In this document: positions 1 to 8,272 of the stretch, one piece after another
Layout of the letters: each line of letters begins with the position of its first letter
Position numbering within the stretch: position 1 is the stretch's first letter
Origin: Polynucleobacter sp.
GTDB lineage: Bacteria; Pseudomonadota; Gammaproteobacteria; Burkholderiales; Burkholderiaceae
Reading direction: 5' to 3'
DNA: 32,000 nucleotides
Assembly: GCA_964203875.1 (NCBI GenBank)
Contig: CAXNNS010000001.1
Span: forward strand, 380,244 to 412,243
The notes under the pieces: generated by a model
The model's input: only the letters and a program-made list of their open reading frames with translations
Database searches by the model: none
Told to the model about the DNA's origin: nothing
Made by a program: the position numbers and the translations under genes

Positions 1-246
1 GCGCAGAACGCTCTCACCACCGTTCAGATTGGCCTTAATTCCATGCAATTTCAGGTCACGATCCCTGCGGGCACTTGGTTTGCAGCAAAACCGGTGCGAG
101 CAGCTGATTTTTGTTTGGTCAGCTGCGTTGTCGGACCCGCATTTACATTTACTGAATTTGAAATGGGGCAACAGCAAGCTCTTTTAGATTGCTACGGGAC
201 ATCCGAGAAACACATTAATGCAATACGGGCACTCACTAGAGGCTAG
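1..246 (+). CDS. cupin-fold protein (DUF985-like), C-terminal part; 5' end lies outside the window
   Basis: Frame 1 is open from base 1 (AQNALTTVQIGLNS precedes the first Met). IPAGTWFAA...LVSCVVGPAFTFTEFEM resembles the conserved C-terminal strands of DUF985-type cupins. Confidence 0.6.
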   Translation, partial: AQNALTTVQIGLNSMQFQVTIPAGTWFAAKPVRAADFCLVSCVVGPAFTFTEFEMGQQQALLDCYGTSEKHINAIRALTRG

Positions 247-269
247 TAATCCATCGACTGAGGGACAGA

Positions 270-833
270 CTAAATAACTGAATGGGTTTTTAGATAATCA
301 ATAACCCAGGCTGGATCGCTATCACTTGGGAAGATGGGATAGTGAACTGCCTCGATTACGCCATTATTGGCAATCAGCGTGACTCGCTTGAGTAAAGTCA
401 TCCCTGCTGCTTCAAAAGTGGGCATATTCAATGCCTTCTGAAATTGATAGTTTGCATCACTGATAACGGGAAATGGCAGATGCAGCCTGTCAGCCATCTC
501 TTTTTGATATTCCGTAGACTGAACACTCAAGCCCACGACTTGTGCACCCAATGCTTGAAGTTCTTGATAGTGATCTCTAAATGAACAGCTTTGGGGGGTA
601 CAACCCCTTGCCCCCGGAATTTGATCCCAGCCATCTGGTAGCGCTACATTGGGTTGCCCTGTCATTGGATAGCAGTAGATAACTAACTTCCCTTTAATGT
701 CTCCAAGATGAATGGTCTTACCATTGGTGGCATTTAAAGCAACATGGGGCAGTTTCATTCCCTTCAAATGATTGGTCGATCCATCCTCTTGGGGAATGGG
801 CAGGTCTGTAGGGAGCCGATTAAGATTTGTCAT
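270..833 (-). CDS. peroxiredoxin, AhpC/TSA (Bcp-like) family
   Basis: 187-aa ORF with a thioredoxin-fold peroxiredoxin signature, PGARGCTPQSCSFRD. Length is typical for the family. Confidence 0.8.
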   Translation of the reverse strand: MTNLNRLPTDLPIPQEDGSTNHLKGMKLPHVALNATNGKTIHLGDIKGKLVIYCYPMTGQPNVALPDGWDQIPGARGCTPQSCSFRDHYQELQALGAQVVGLSVQSTEYQKEMADRLHLPFPVISDANYQFQKALNMPTFEAAGMTLLKRVTLIANNGVIEAVHYPIFPSDSDPAWVIDYLKTHSVI

Positions 834-876
834 GCATTTATTCTACATAAAACATAGCACGATAGCCTGCCTTCTC

Positions 877-2325
877 CTAGCCCGCCGAAGGAAGCTCGAC
901 TATAAATCGAGCACCGCCACCAATCGCATCTTCGTAATGAATAGAGCCGCCATATCGACTAACAATGTACTTACAAAGCCATAAGCCCAAGCCCATCCCA
1001 GTTTGTTTGGTAGTGCTAAGCAATTCAAATAACTGGGGCTTAAACTCAATTGGAACGCCCGTACCATTGTCCGTAATACTTAAGCGAATTGACCGACCGA
1101 CTTTTATGGCCTCAATCGTAATTCGTCGCTGGAGCGTTCCTGAGTTAGCCAAAGACTGTCCTGCGTTATTCAGCAGATTTAATATCACCTGCTCTATTTC
1201 AGCTGAATTAACCTTCATTCTTAAATCATTATCGACTCGAAGTTGAATTTGTATATTTTTGGACCTTAGCTCAGGCGTAACAATATCCAATACTTTAGTA
1301 ATGAGCTCGCTCACCGGGACCTCTTCAGCACTCGCATTACTGTCGTTAAATATTGACCTGAGTGATTTAACGATCGTCGCTGCTCTCTTGTTATCTTCCT
1401 CTAGAGAATCTAAAACCTCTTTACCCAGCTCTGGGTTAAGTACGCCCTTTTCTAATTTCATTTTAAGAAATTGGATATTCAGGTTTGATGCGCCTAGGGG
1501 CTGATTGAGTTCGTGAGCGATCGATGCCGATAAGGCGCCAGTAGCCGCAGTTTTATTGGCCTTTAATAGACCGTAGATCAGTCGCTCTTTTTCTTTTAGG
1601 AGCTCAGTAATTCGTTCATTCTCTTCTTTTGTGCTTTTTAAGGTATTGGCAATTTGATTTTCTTTTCTAATCTGTTTTTCTAAATAAAAACTGCCGAGTG
1701 CCACATAAACTAATATCGTACTGCCATAACCTATCCACAAAAGAGTCATGGCTAAGGCATCTTGGGCATATAAAAAGAAATTGGTTTGCGTGCTTCCAAA
1801 CAATACCCAAAGGGTTCTACAAATCTCCCCCACTAAAGTAAATGCCGTTAAAAAAATTAGCCACCCTACCACTATCGTACGGTCAATTTTGTAATGCTTT
1901 CTCAGCTCCCAGATTTGCCATATCAATAAAATCTCTTGAGTAATCGTGATTAAGGCAACACGATGCTTGAATGTGCCTGGCATCACCCTTAAGTAGTCAT
2001 AGAAAAGGAAAATGAAAACTGGGATGAGCCACAAAAACAAAGTTTGAATCTTGGTAAATGGCTTTTGATTCCAGGAGCGATATAAGAATATGAGGAGAAA
2101 AACTGAAACAATGAATGAGGTATTTGCTATTGTGAGAAAAAACGGATGCGTCCACAGAGCAATACCAAAGCTAAAAGAAGAAAGGGAGAACATCCCCACA
2201 CTCAAGGGCCAATAGAGGCTGTATCCGCTGGCACCATTGGCGCGACATTGATATAGGGCGCTTAAGAATAAGCCCAGACCAATTAGCGAAAAGGCAATAA
2301 AAAAGATTTGATTGGCTAACTCCAT
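877..2325 (-). CDS. membrane-bound sensor histidine kinase
   Basis: 482-aa ORF with about six N-terminal hydrophobic helices and a coiled-coil linker. Has H-box SIAHELNQPLG, N-box LLNNAGQS, G1 DNGTGV and G2 GMGLGL. No response regulator is visible in the window. Confidence 0.85.
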   Translation of the reverse strand: MELANQIFFIAFSLIGLGLFLSALYQCRANGASGYSLYWPLSVGMFSLSSFSFGIALWTHPFFLTIANTSFIVSVFLLIFLYRSWNQKPFTKIQTLFLWLIPVFIFLFYDYLRVMPGTFKHRVALITITQEILLIWQIWELRKHYKIDRTIVVGWLIFLTAFTLVGEICRTLWVLFGSTQTNFFLYAQDALAMTLLWIGYGSTILVYVALGSFYLEKQIRKENQIANTLKSTKEENERITELLKEKERLIYGLLKANKTAATGALSASIAHELNQPLGASNLNIQFLKMKLEKGVLNPELGKEVLDSLEEDNKRAATIVKSLRSIFNDSNASAEEVPVSELITKVLDIVTPELRSKNIQIQLRVDNDLRMKVNSAEIEQVILNLLNNAGQSLANSGTLQRRITIEAIKVGRSIRLSITDNGTGVPIEFKPQLFELLSTTKQTGMGLGLWLCKYIVSRYGGSIHYEDAIGGGARFIVELPSAG

Positions 2326-2500
2326 GAACTAGATGGTACTAAAGATCACAGATAATGTCGTCTAAATCGACACTCATGCGCAAAGAATGATAGTAGTCTT
2401 CCTCACATAAAATTGCCCTTGAAAAGGACAGCTCTTAATGGGGATATCCCAGGCTGATAGCGCCTTATCCGCTAGGCCAAAAGCAAATGCCCCGCATATG

Positions 2501-2541
2501 GCAGGGCATTATTTGAGTTTGGTGACTCGGGACGGAATCGA
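2501..2541. repeat. decayed tRNA-Phe 3'-end remnant, copy E (att-scar-like)
   Basis: tggtgactcgggacggaatcga resembles tRNA 3' end tggtggcccggggcggaatcga. The flank gcagggcattatttgagtttgg is shared with copy D. Confidence 0.5.
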
Positions 2542-3253
2542 CTATAGCTGAAGGCAGTCAATCCTTAAGAGGACTATTCCCCAACATTAGATTGAACTTG
2601 GCCAGTTTTTATCCACTGAATAATTGCCTTTGAAGAAACCTCCTCCCGACCCTCAAAAGAATGATGGTGTCCGCCGCCGCATACATCACCATTGGGGATG
2701 CCCCCTTTTACTGTTATTAAATTATTTTTTGAGTACGCTAAGACGGTTAAGTATGGTGTATAGATACATTGATCATCACCATGATGGATATTAAGAGCTG
2801 GAGCTTTTAATGAGCTCATATCAAATGACTCAGCAGAGTAGCCATAGACACGCATACGAGGGCTTGCTACCGTTTTAGCAGCCGAATGGATACTACCTTG
2901 AATTTCATTTCCTAAATTTTTAGCGAGCCATTTTGATGAGATGGTTCCATAGCTGTGGCCCATGATAAAAAACTTGGTAATTCCATATTTTTCTTTTAAA
3001 ACGGCCATTATTTTTCTAACATCATCGGCATGCTTTATGGAAGAACGATAGTCATCGTTACAAGCCAGCGGAGTATTTCCTGGGGCAACTTTATTTTCAT
3101 CACTTGGGCAATCCATCACAACAAGGGCTATCCCTGCTTGGGCAAATAAATCAGTATTGTTTTGTAAGTAATTTAGATTAGTGAATTCAACTACGAAGTG
3201 CAACTTTGAACAACTAGGTAGGAAGGCTAAGGATGTTTTAGTATCCAAAGCTT

Positions 3254-4238
3254 CTAGACCTGCAAGTCAAAGTAGCCATGATCTATCAACACCTTAGCCA
3301 AACTGAACGATATCAGATTTATATCCTTATGAAAGACGGAAAAACCCAAAGCCAGATAGCCCAGCTTCTGAATCGGCATAAGTCGACCATTAGCCGGGAG
3401 CTCGCGCGCAATACCGGGCTCAAGGGTTACCGTCCCAAACAAGCCTGCCTGTTGGCAGAAGAGCGTTCTTTGGGCTCTCGCAACGCTACCCAGATTACTG
3501 CTACCGACTGGGGCAAGGCAGTGGATTGCCTCTTAGAGCAGTGGAGCCCCGTGCAAATTGCCAATCAGGTCGGTATTAGCCATGAGACCATCTACCGCCA
3601 TGTCTACGCTGATAAAGCGGCTGGCGGGAGCCTGTATCAGCAGCTACGCTGCCAAAAGAAGCGTAAGAAACGCTATGCCAGTGGCCGTGAGCGTAGAGGC
3701 CAGATCATCGGCAGAAGACCCATTAGTGAGCGTCCAGTCCATATTGAGACCAGATCCCAAATCGGTCACTGGGAAGGCGATACCGTCATTGGAGCCCATC
3801 ACAAGCAAGCCGTAGTGACGATGGTAGAGCGTAAGAGTGGCTATGCTGTCATCGCCAAAGTCATCAACAAAACCTCGGATTTAGTGAGTGCAGTGATCAT
3901 TAACAAACTGAGTCCCTTAGCCCCGCTAGTTAAAACCATGACTTTTGACAATGGGAAGGAATTTGCCGAGCACAGCAGAATTGATACTGCCCTCAAATCC
4001 ACTACTTACTTTGCTGATCCTTTTGCTAGTTGGCAACGCGGATCAAACGAAAACTTCAATGGCTTACTGAGGCAATACATCCCCAAGAAAAGACTGTTAT
4101 CAACTGTGACTGACGAGGAGCTTAGAATGATCCAAGACAAATTAAATAACCGACCTAGAAAGCGCTTGGGATTTAAAACCCCAAATGAAGTATTTATGCA
4201 ATCTTTAAACCGTGTTGCACTTCGTGTTTGAATCTACG
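3254..4238 (+). mobile_element. IS30-family insertion sequence (boundaries +/-10 bp)
   Basis: Contains a single transposase ORF. The reverse complement of the right end reads GTAGATTCAAACACGAAGTGCAAC, which as I recall resembles the TGTAGATTCAA terminus of IS30. The left end (ctagacctgcaagtc) is only weakly inverted-repeat-like. Confidence 0.75.
3278..4231 (+). CDS. IS30-family DDE transposase
   Basis: 317-aa ORF with an N-terminal HTH (SQIAQLLNRHKSTISREL). Catalytic region has HWEGDTV and TFDNGKEF, and the C-terminal NENFNGLLRQYIPK is typical of IS30 transposases. Confidence 0.9.
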   Translation: MIYQHLSQTERYQIYILMKDGKTQSQIAQLLNRHKSTISRELARNTGLKGYRPKQACLLAEERSLGSRNATQITATDWGKAVDCLLEQWSPVQIANQVGISHETIYRHVYADKAAGGSLYQQLRCQKKRKKRYASGRERRGQIIGRRPISERPVHIETRSQIGHWEGDTVIGAHHKQAVVTMVERKSGYAVIAKVINKTSDLVSAVIINKLSPLAPLVKTMTFDNGKEFAEHSRIDTALKSTTYFADPFASWQRGSNENFNGLLRQYIPKKRLLSTVTDEELRMIQDKLNNRPRKRLGFKTPNEVFMQSLNRVALRV

Positions 4239-4585
4239 ATTTCTTTTCCAATCGTTTTCTGATTTAATATTGGCAATGCCGGACCAGCCGCGATAAAACA
4301 GCAATGCCGTATCTGATGGAACTGAAGGTTTAAGCAAAATTGCTCTTTGAATAACCGGGGATTTTGAAAATACTCCCGTCTCTCTACCAACATCAGCCTC
4401 TATCAGAATAGGAGTCATTGTTTGAGCTGTTGCAGAGTTTAAACAAGCGAAGGCACAGATGCTAAATAGCCATTTCATTGCAAATCTCCTGACTTTTATA
4501 GGCGAGTGAATTTGCTAAACTCTACTCTATTGATGAGCTAATCACAGATCCGAGATAGCTGCTTGGCCTAAATAAAAAAACTATT

Positions 4586-4625
4586 CGAAGATGGTTTCGT
4601 GTTTCTTGGTTGTCCGAGGCGTATT
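4586..4625. repeat. strongly decayed copy (F) of the terminator plus tRNA-Phe 3'-end unit
   Basis: cgaagatggtttcgtgtttcttggttgtccgaggcg aligns with copy C cgaaggtggttttggtgtttcttggtggactggggcg at roughly 75% identity by eye. Confidence 0.35.
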
Positions 4626-4695
4626 TAACTATCGCGAAGGATGCCTTTTTCAAGCCCCATGCCTGTTTGCTCTGCAGTGCTGAGCAATTCAGCGA

Positions 4696-4953
4696 CTAAA
4701 ACTTAAGTAGAGTCCATTCACTCAGGTTTAATCTTCCATTTTTGTCTTTATCAGCAGCATCGAAACTCAGATTGGGGATCTTCGCTTTCTGCGCCTCCTC
4801 ACGTGAGATCTGTCCATCCTTATTTATATCGGCTGCTACAAAGGCGCTAGGGAGTGGTTTCGTTTTATTTAATTCGACAGAAGAAGGAGTCTGAGCCCCT
4901 CCCAACAAAGGCATTAGTAAAGCCAATACTATTACTGCTTTTAGGATAGACAT
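4696..4953 (-). CDS. secreted EF-hand calcium-binding protein
   Basis: 85-aa ORF with a signal peptide (MSILKAVIVLALLMPLLGGAQ) and two EF-hand loops, DINKDGQISREE and DKDKNGRLNLSE. Confidence 0.75.
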   Translation of the reverse strand: MSILKAVIVLALLMPLLGGAQTPSSVELNKTKPLPSAFVAADINKDGQISREEAQKAKIPNLSFDAADKDKNGRLNLSEWTLLKF

Positions 4954-5019
4954 AGCCGCCCCAATGAAGATTCTAAGATATTGATGGTATCAGAGTATTC
5001 ACGCTAAATCGGTTTGTCA

Positions 5020-5433
5020 CTAGCTTGGATCATGCCTTGTTCTCTTCACAAGGAATAAATTAGACTGCTTCCAGCTTAGATTCATTGCTTTTGGGAGATT
5101 TGCACCATCACGCAAATAGAGCTTGATGCTGTTTTGTAGCTCTGGCGTACCAACAGGAATTTTTAAAATGCGGGTGATTGCTACAGACTCATTGATGAGT
5201 GCTGTTCTTGCATAAGAATAATTCTGCCATGCATCTGAGGACATAAAGCCCATTAGGAATGCAAACATGACTGCTGGCAATGTTAAAAATGGCGGTACAA
5301 GTGGGACTTCAATGAGGTGATTGAATATTCTGGTCTTATAGACTAGATAGTAAGAGAGCAGCCCCATTCCAAGGCTCCACAAAAATGTGGCAATCAGGGG
5401 AGCTAATTGCCCATTAAGAGGCTCAAAAGGCAT
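5020..5433 (-). CDS. small integral membrane protein, possibly truncated (DUF4239/bestrophin-like guess)
   Basis: 137-aa ORF with two or three hydrophobic helices. The family assignment is only a recollection. The odd C-terminal tail suggests truncation. Confidence 0.45.
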   Translation of the reverse strand: MPFEPLNGQLAPLIATFLWSLGMGLLSYYLVYKTRIFNHLIEVPLVPPFLTLPAVMFAFLMGFMSSDAWQNYSYARTALINESVAITRILKIPVGTPELQNSIKLYLRDGANLPKAMNLSWKQSNLFLVKRTRHDPS

Positions 5434-5565
5434 ATTGCTCGTATCCTTAAAAAATATTCCAATTACATATCTAATGCCAATTACTTGTGGGCGGTAAACA
5501 AGGCCTACAAATAATAACTTTGTTTAAACACAATACCCACCAAATATTTAGGCCTCAGTTCATAA

Positions 5566-5606
5566 GCAGGTCATTATTTGAATTTGGAGATCCGGGGCGG
5601 AATCGA
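5566..5606. repeat. decayed tRNA-Phe 3'-end remnant, copy D
   Basis: ccggggcggaatcga is identical to the tRNA T-arm/acceptor segment. The upstream flank gcaggtcattatttgaatttgg is shared with copy E. Confidence 0.5.
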
Positions 5607-5628
5607 GCAGGACATAGGTTGCTTAAGA

Positions 5629-6003
5629 TTACTTAGGTGAGCACGGCCACTTTTGAATCAGAGCATCAAAGGCCAGAGATGCATATGCCTCTTTCATTCT
5701 CTTGGGCTGAGTTTCAACATAATTCTTTACAACTATCAGCCTATCTCTAATATTCATATTATTCGGAACGCAGATCTTTTTATCGTAATGCGCATTGTCC
5801 TCAACCCCCAAGATTATCCCGACGCACAATCCTTGATTAAAACTTGCTTCTGCCGTTTTACTCAATAAAAGCCTATTACATTGAAGATTCAAGTTAGCCG
5901 TAGTTAGGTCAGGCATTTTGTTAGGATCCGACCCTGCAAAGGAGTTCGTACAGAATACGGTCAAGACAATAAGGGGTAGATTTAAGCCAACATTTTTCTT
6001 CAT
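5629..6003 (-). CDS. periplasmic Cys-containing protein, Rap1a/Tai4-like (T6SS immunity-like fold) guess
   Basis: 124-aa ORF with a signal peptide. The pattern C..(G)LCVGIILGVEDN....KKICVP...V..Y....P......A..A...WPC matches my recollection of Rap1a-type immunity proteins. Confidence 0.45.
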   Translation of the reverse strand: MKKNVGLNLPLIVLTVFCTNSFAGSDPNKMPDLTTANLNLQCNRLLLSKTAEASFNQGLCVGIILGVEDNAHYDKKICVPNNMNIRDRLIVVKNYVETQPKRMKEAYASLAFDALIQKWPCSPK

Positions 6004-6023
6004 TCTACTAGCGTAACAAAATA

Positions 6024-6095
6024 AACCGCCCGAAGGTGGTTTTGATGTTTCTTGGTGGCCCGGGGCGGAATCGAACCAGGGCCGAGGAATGCTGA
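6024..6095. repeat. tRNA-Phe 3'-end remnant, copy B, with terminator hairpin
   Basis: 6049-6078 is identical over 30 bp to 7983-8012 (tRNA nt 51-76 plus 4 nt of trailer). It is preceded by the hairpin ccgcccgaaggtgg. The whole ~72-bp unit is similar to copy C. Confidence 0.85.
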
Positions 6096-6099
6096 CTCT

Positions 6100-6852
6100 T
6101 TATTTACAGTTGTTATGTAATTTCCACTTTTCTTCATGCCCCATAGCCTTAGCAAAATCAGGCACCTTACATCTTTCAGCTTCTTTTGCGTCTACTTCTT
6201 TATTCATTACCTCGTTTGGGGCTGCTGACAATGTAGACTCATTTGAGCCGCCAGAGAAATAATTGAAGATACCCAACACACTCACAGCAAATAAAACCAG
6301 TATTCCCAATTGACTCTTAGATATATTGTTTTGTTTCTCTGTGTTGATATCACACGAGTTCCCTGGGCATAGCTGGGCTTGAGCTTTATTAAAAAGGTTG
6401 TAAATCTTACAGCCGATACAAATGCCAAATGAGGTTTCAAAAAACATCAGCGCTAAACAGGAAGCGCAAACAATAATATTGATAGGGCCAACTACACTTT
6501 TTAACACTATCAAATAAAACATCGTAGCGGCTAAGATAAATCCAATTGACCAAGCAAAACGCTTTTGTGGAGCCCCCGTGTATTCAGGTTGCTGACCCTT
6601 AACCAACCACTGCGCCAAAACCATGATGGGCGCATATTTGGGGTTAATGAAAATCCTGATCGTAAATTCAATGAGAAAGGCACATACAAATACCTTAGTG
6701 GGGAAGAAGTTTCCCATTAGCCAAGCATTCATAAATGAAATCAGGGCAAATACAAACAAAATACCTGCGGCCGCTCTGACTGTTCGCTCATTCAAAACTG
6801 CGACTGGATATTCAGGCTTTATTTCGCCAAATTGGAAAACTGAAGTTGTCAT
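6100..6852 (-). CDS. DUF4395-like multi-pass membrane protein
   Basis: I place the start at the internal ATG at 6852 (MTTSVFQFGEIKPEYP), which has an AGGGG Shine-Dalgarno about 9 nt upstream. The longer ORF to 7071 would run through repeat C and overlap the next gene. Has four or five hydrophobic helices and a Cys-rich C-terminal part. Confidence 0.65.
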   Translation of the reverse strand: MTTSVFQFGEIKPEYPVAVLNERTVRAAAGILFVFALISFMNAWLMGNFFPTKVFVCAFLIEFTIRIFINPKYAPIMVLAQWLVKGQQPEYTGAPQKRFAWSIGFILAATMFYLIVLKSVVGPINIIVCASCLALMFFETSFGICIGCKIYNLFNKAQAQLCPGNSCDINTEKQNNISKSQLGILVLFAVSVLGIFNYFSGGSNESTLSAAPNEVMNKEVDAKEAERCKVPDFAKAMGHEEKWKLHNNCK

Positions 6853-6972
6853 AGTTAATGCCCCTAATGAATCCTTATTGAGTATATGTCGTTTAAAACG
6901 ACATAACCAGCACAGGCATGAATAATTGATTTGTCCTTTTAGAGGACGACTGATGACATGGGGGAATGAAAA

Positions 6973-7045
6973 AACCACCCGAAGGTGGTTTTGGTGTTTC
7001 TTGGTGGACTGGGGCGGAATCGACCAGGGCTGAGGATGGCTTATC
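6973..7045. repeat. tRNA-Phe 3'-end remnant, copy C, with terminator hairpin
   Basis: ttcttggtggactggggcggaatcga-ccagggctgagg matches copy B ttcttggtggcccggggcggaatcgaaccagggccgagg. Preceded by a perfect hairpin ccacc-cgaa-ggtgg flanked by A/T runs. Confidence 0.75.
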
Positions 7046-7048
7046 CGC

Positions 7049-7903
7049 CTAGTGTTTCTTAGCCACCACATTGATGACGCCCTTCATTCCAGCTTCATAG
7101 TGCCCGGGCTCAAAGCATGCCATGGCATATTGCCCGGGCTTTTTAAAAGTCCAAACCAATTCCGATTGTTGTCCTGGTTTCGCTGAGATTTCATTCGTAT
7201 GGTGATGTCCTTTGGCTCCAGGACTTGCCATCTCCTTGGCGTGGGCGACGATCTCTTTTTCAGTGCCAATTACCAGCTCATGGTCTACCTTGCCCTTATT
7301 AACCAAAATAATGCGAATGGGCTCACCCGCTTGTGCTTCCCATATTGCTGGGGAAAAACGCATCGTGTCATCAACCTCAATACGAACTTCTTTCATTGCT
7401 TGGGTTATCACTGGTGCTGGTGTTCCATGACTATGGCTGTGGCCGTCCCCACCATGCTCATTAAAGTAGGAAAGGGAATATAAAGATGCGGCAATAACAA
7501 GGGCTAGGCTAATACCCCCGTAAATCAAAACGCTCTTTACTTTTACTTTGCCCTTGCCTTCCATTAAATACATTGCCAATAAAGACATGACAAAGCCAAC
7601 AGGAACTACCCAGGAGCTTCTGCCGGGCGAATCTGGAAAATGCTGGAGTCCCCCAGTAAAGAAACCCAAACCAATTGAGGCAACAATGCCAATGGCCAGA
7701 ACATCAGTCCAGCTGTGATCTTTATCGGGATTGGCAATTTTTTCTAATGTGCCGCCAACGAGGTAAATCGCGACTCCGAATACAGCCGTCCAGATGGCGC
7801 GTTCCTCACTAAAAAATCCATGGGTAATGGCGCCAGCAGTAAAACTAATGCCGGTATATTTACAAAGGGAGGCGACGTGACTGAGTGGAAAGTTCATAGG
7901 CAC
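7049..7903 (-). CDS. membrane-anchored cupredoxin (type-1 copper site) protein
   Basis: 284-aa ORF with an N-terminal polytopic membrane half and a His-rich linker (GDGHSHSHG). The C-terminal domain has copper ligands in VDHELVIG and MACFEPGHYEAGM. Confidence 0.75.
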   Translation of the reverse strand: MPMNFPLSHVASLCKYTGISFTAGAITHGFFSEERAIWTAVFGVAIYLVGGTLEKIANPDKDHSWTDVLAIGIVASIGLGFFTGGLQHFPDSPGRSSWVVPVGFVMSLLAMYLMEGKGKVKVKSVLIYGGISLALVIAASLYSLSYFNEHGGDGHSHSHGTPAPVITQAMKEVRIEVDDTMRFSPAIWEAQAGEPIRIILVNKGKVDHELVIGTEKEIVAHAKEMASPGAKGHHHTNEISAKPGQQSELVWTFKKPGQYAMACFEPGHYEAGMKGVINVVAKKH

Positions 7904-7948
7904 ATCTTAATAAAAATTAATGAATCTCGCTTAAATACCATTACCCAC

Positions 7949-7977
7949 AAAAGAAAATAGCCCTACAAGTGGGCTAT
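7949..7977 (-). terminator. rho-independent terminator of tRNA-Phe
   Basis: On the minus strand, atagccc-acttgta-gggctat is followed by ttttctttt immediately after the tRNA CCA end. Confidence 0.6.
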
Positions 7978-7986
7978 TGAGATTCT

Positions 7987-8062
7987 TGGTGGCCCGGGGC
8001 GGAATCGAACCACCGACACAAGGATTTTCAATCCTCTGCTCTACCGACTGAGCTACCAGGCC
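7987..8062 (-). tRNA. tRNA-Phe (anticodon GAA), CCA encoded
   Basis: Reverse complement is GGCCTGGTAGCTCAGTCGGTAGAGCAGAGGATTGAAAATCCTTGTGTCGGTGGTTCGATTCCGCCCCGGGCCACCA. It is 76 nt, folds as a cloverleaf, has GAA at positions 34-36, and closely resembles E. coli tRNA-Phe. Confidence 0.95.
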
Positions 8063-8072
8063 AAGAGTTGAA

Positions 8073-8078
8073 ATTATA
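8073..8078 (-). promoter_or_regulatory. possible -10 box (TATAAT) for tRNA-Phe
   Basis: TATAAT on the tRNA strand lies 11-16 nt upstream of the mature 5' end. There is no convincing -35. A similar box sits next to the distal half-tRNA copy (30992-30997). Confidence 0.3.
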
Positions 8079-8202
8079 ACGGAACTGTTTTTGGGCTTGG
8101 AAAATGTCCAAAACTGTGCTCACTCTGCTGAAAACCTTATCAATCCTTGGCTAGCGGGGATGGTAGATCCTGCTTACGGTGTGCGACTGGTAGAGATGTG
8201 GG

Positions 8203-8217
8203 AATCCTCTGCTCTAC
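8203..8217. repeat. third, decayed copy of the tRNA-Phe D-arm/anticodon-stem segment
   Basis: aatcctctgctctac is identical to 8030-8044. Flanks show only faint similarity (gcccagcc... versus ggcctgg...). Confidence 0.5.
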
Positions 8218-8272
8218 GGAGTTTGGCTGGGCTATAGTTTAGCTATATATTCCCCTCAAAAAGGATTTAGTC

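Larger units (their letters stand above)
2574..4478 (-). pseudogene. secreted alpha/beta-hydrolase gene interrupted by an IS30-family insertion
   Basis: The ORF 4478->4239 encodes a signal peptide (MKWLFSICAFACLNSATAQ) and the N-terminus. The ORF 3248->2574 carries the nucleophile elbow GHSYG and a C-terminal His-rich region. The IS sits exactly between the two pieces. Confidence 0.75.

Noticed and set aside
3254-4393. ORFs 3254..3442(-), 3558..3815(+) and 4205..4393(-) within or abutting the IS30 element
   Set aside because: They overlap the transposase CDS or the hydrolase N-terminal fragment in other frames and have no motifs. They are shadow ORFs.
6853-7071. N-terminal 73-aa extension of the 6100..7071 ORF
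   Set aside because: The extension would read through the tRNA-remnant/terminator unit C and overlap the cupredoxin gene. The internal ATG at 6852 has a Shine-Dalgarno sequence and starts the recognisable DUF4395-like sequence.
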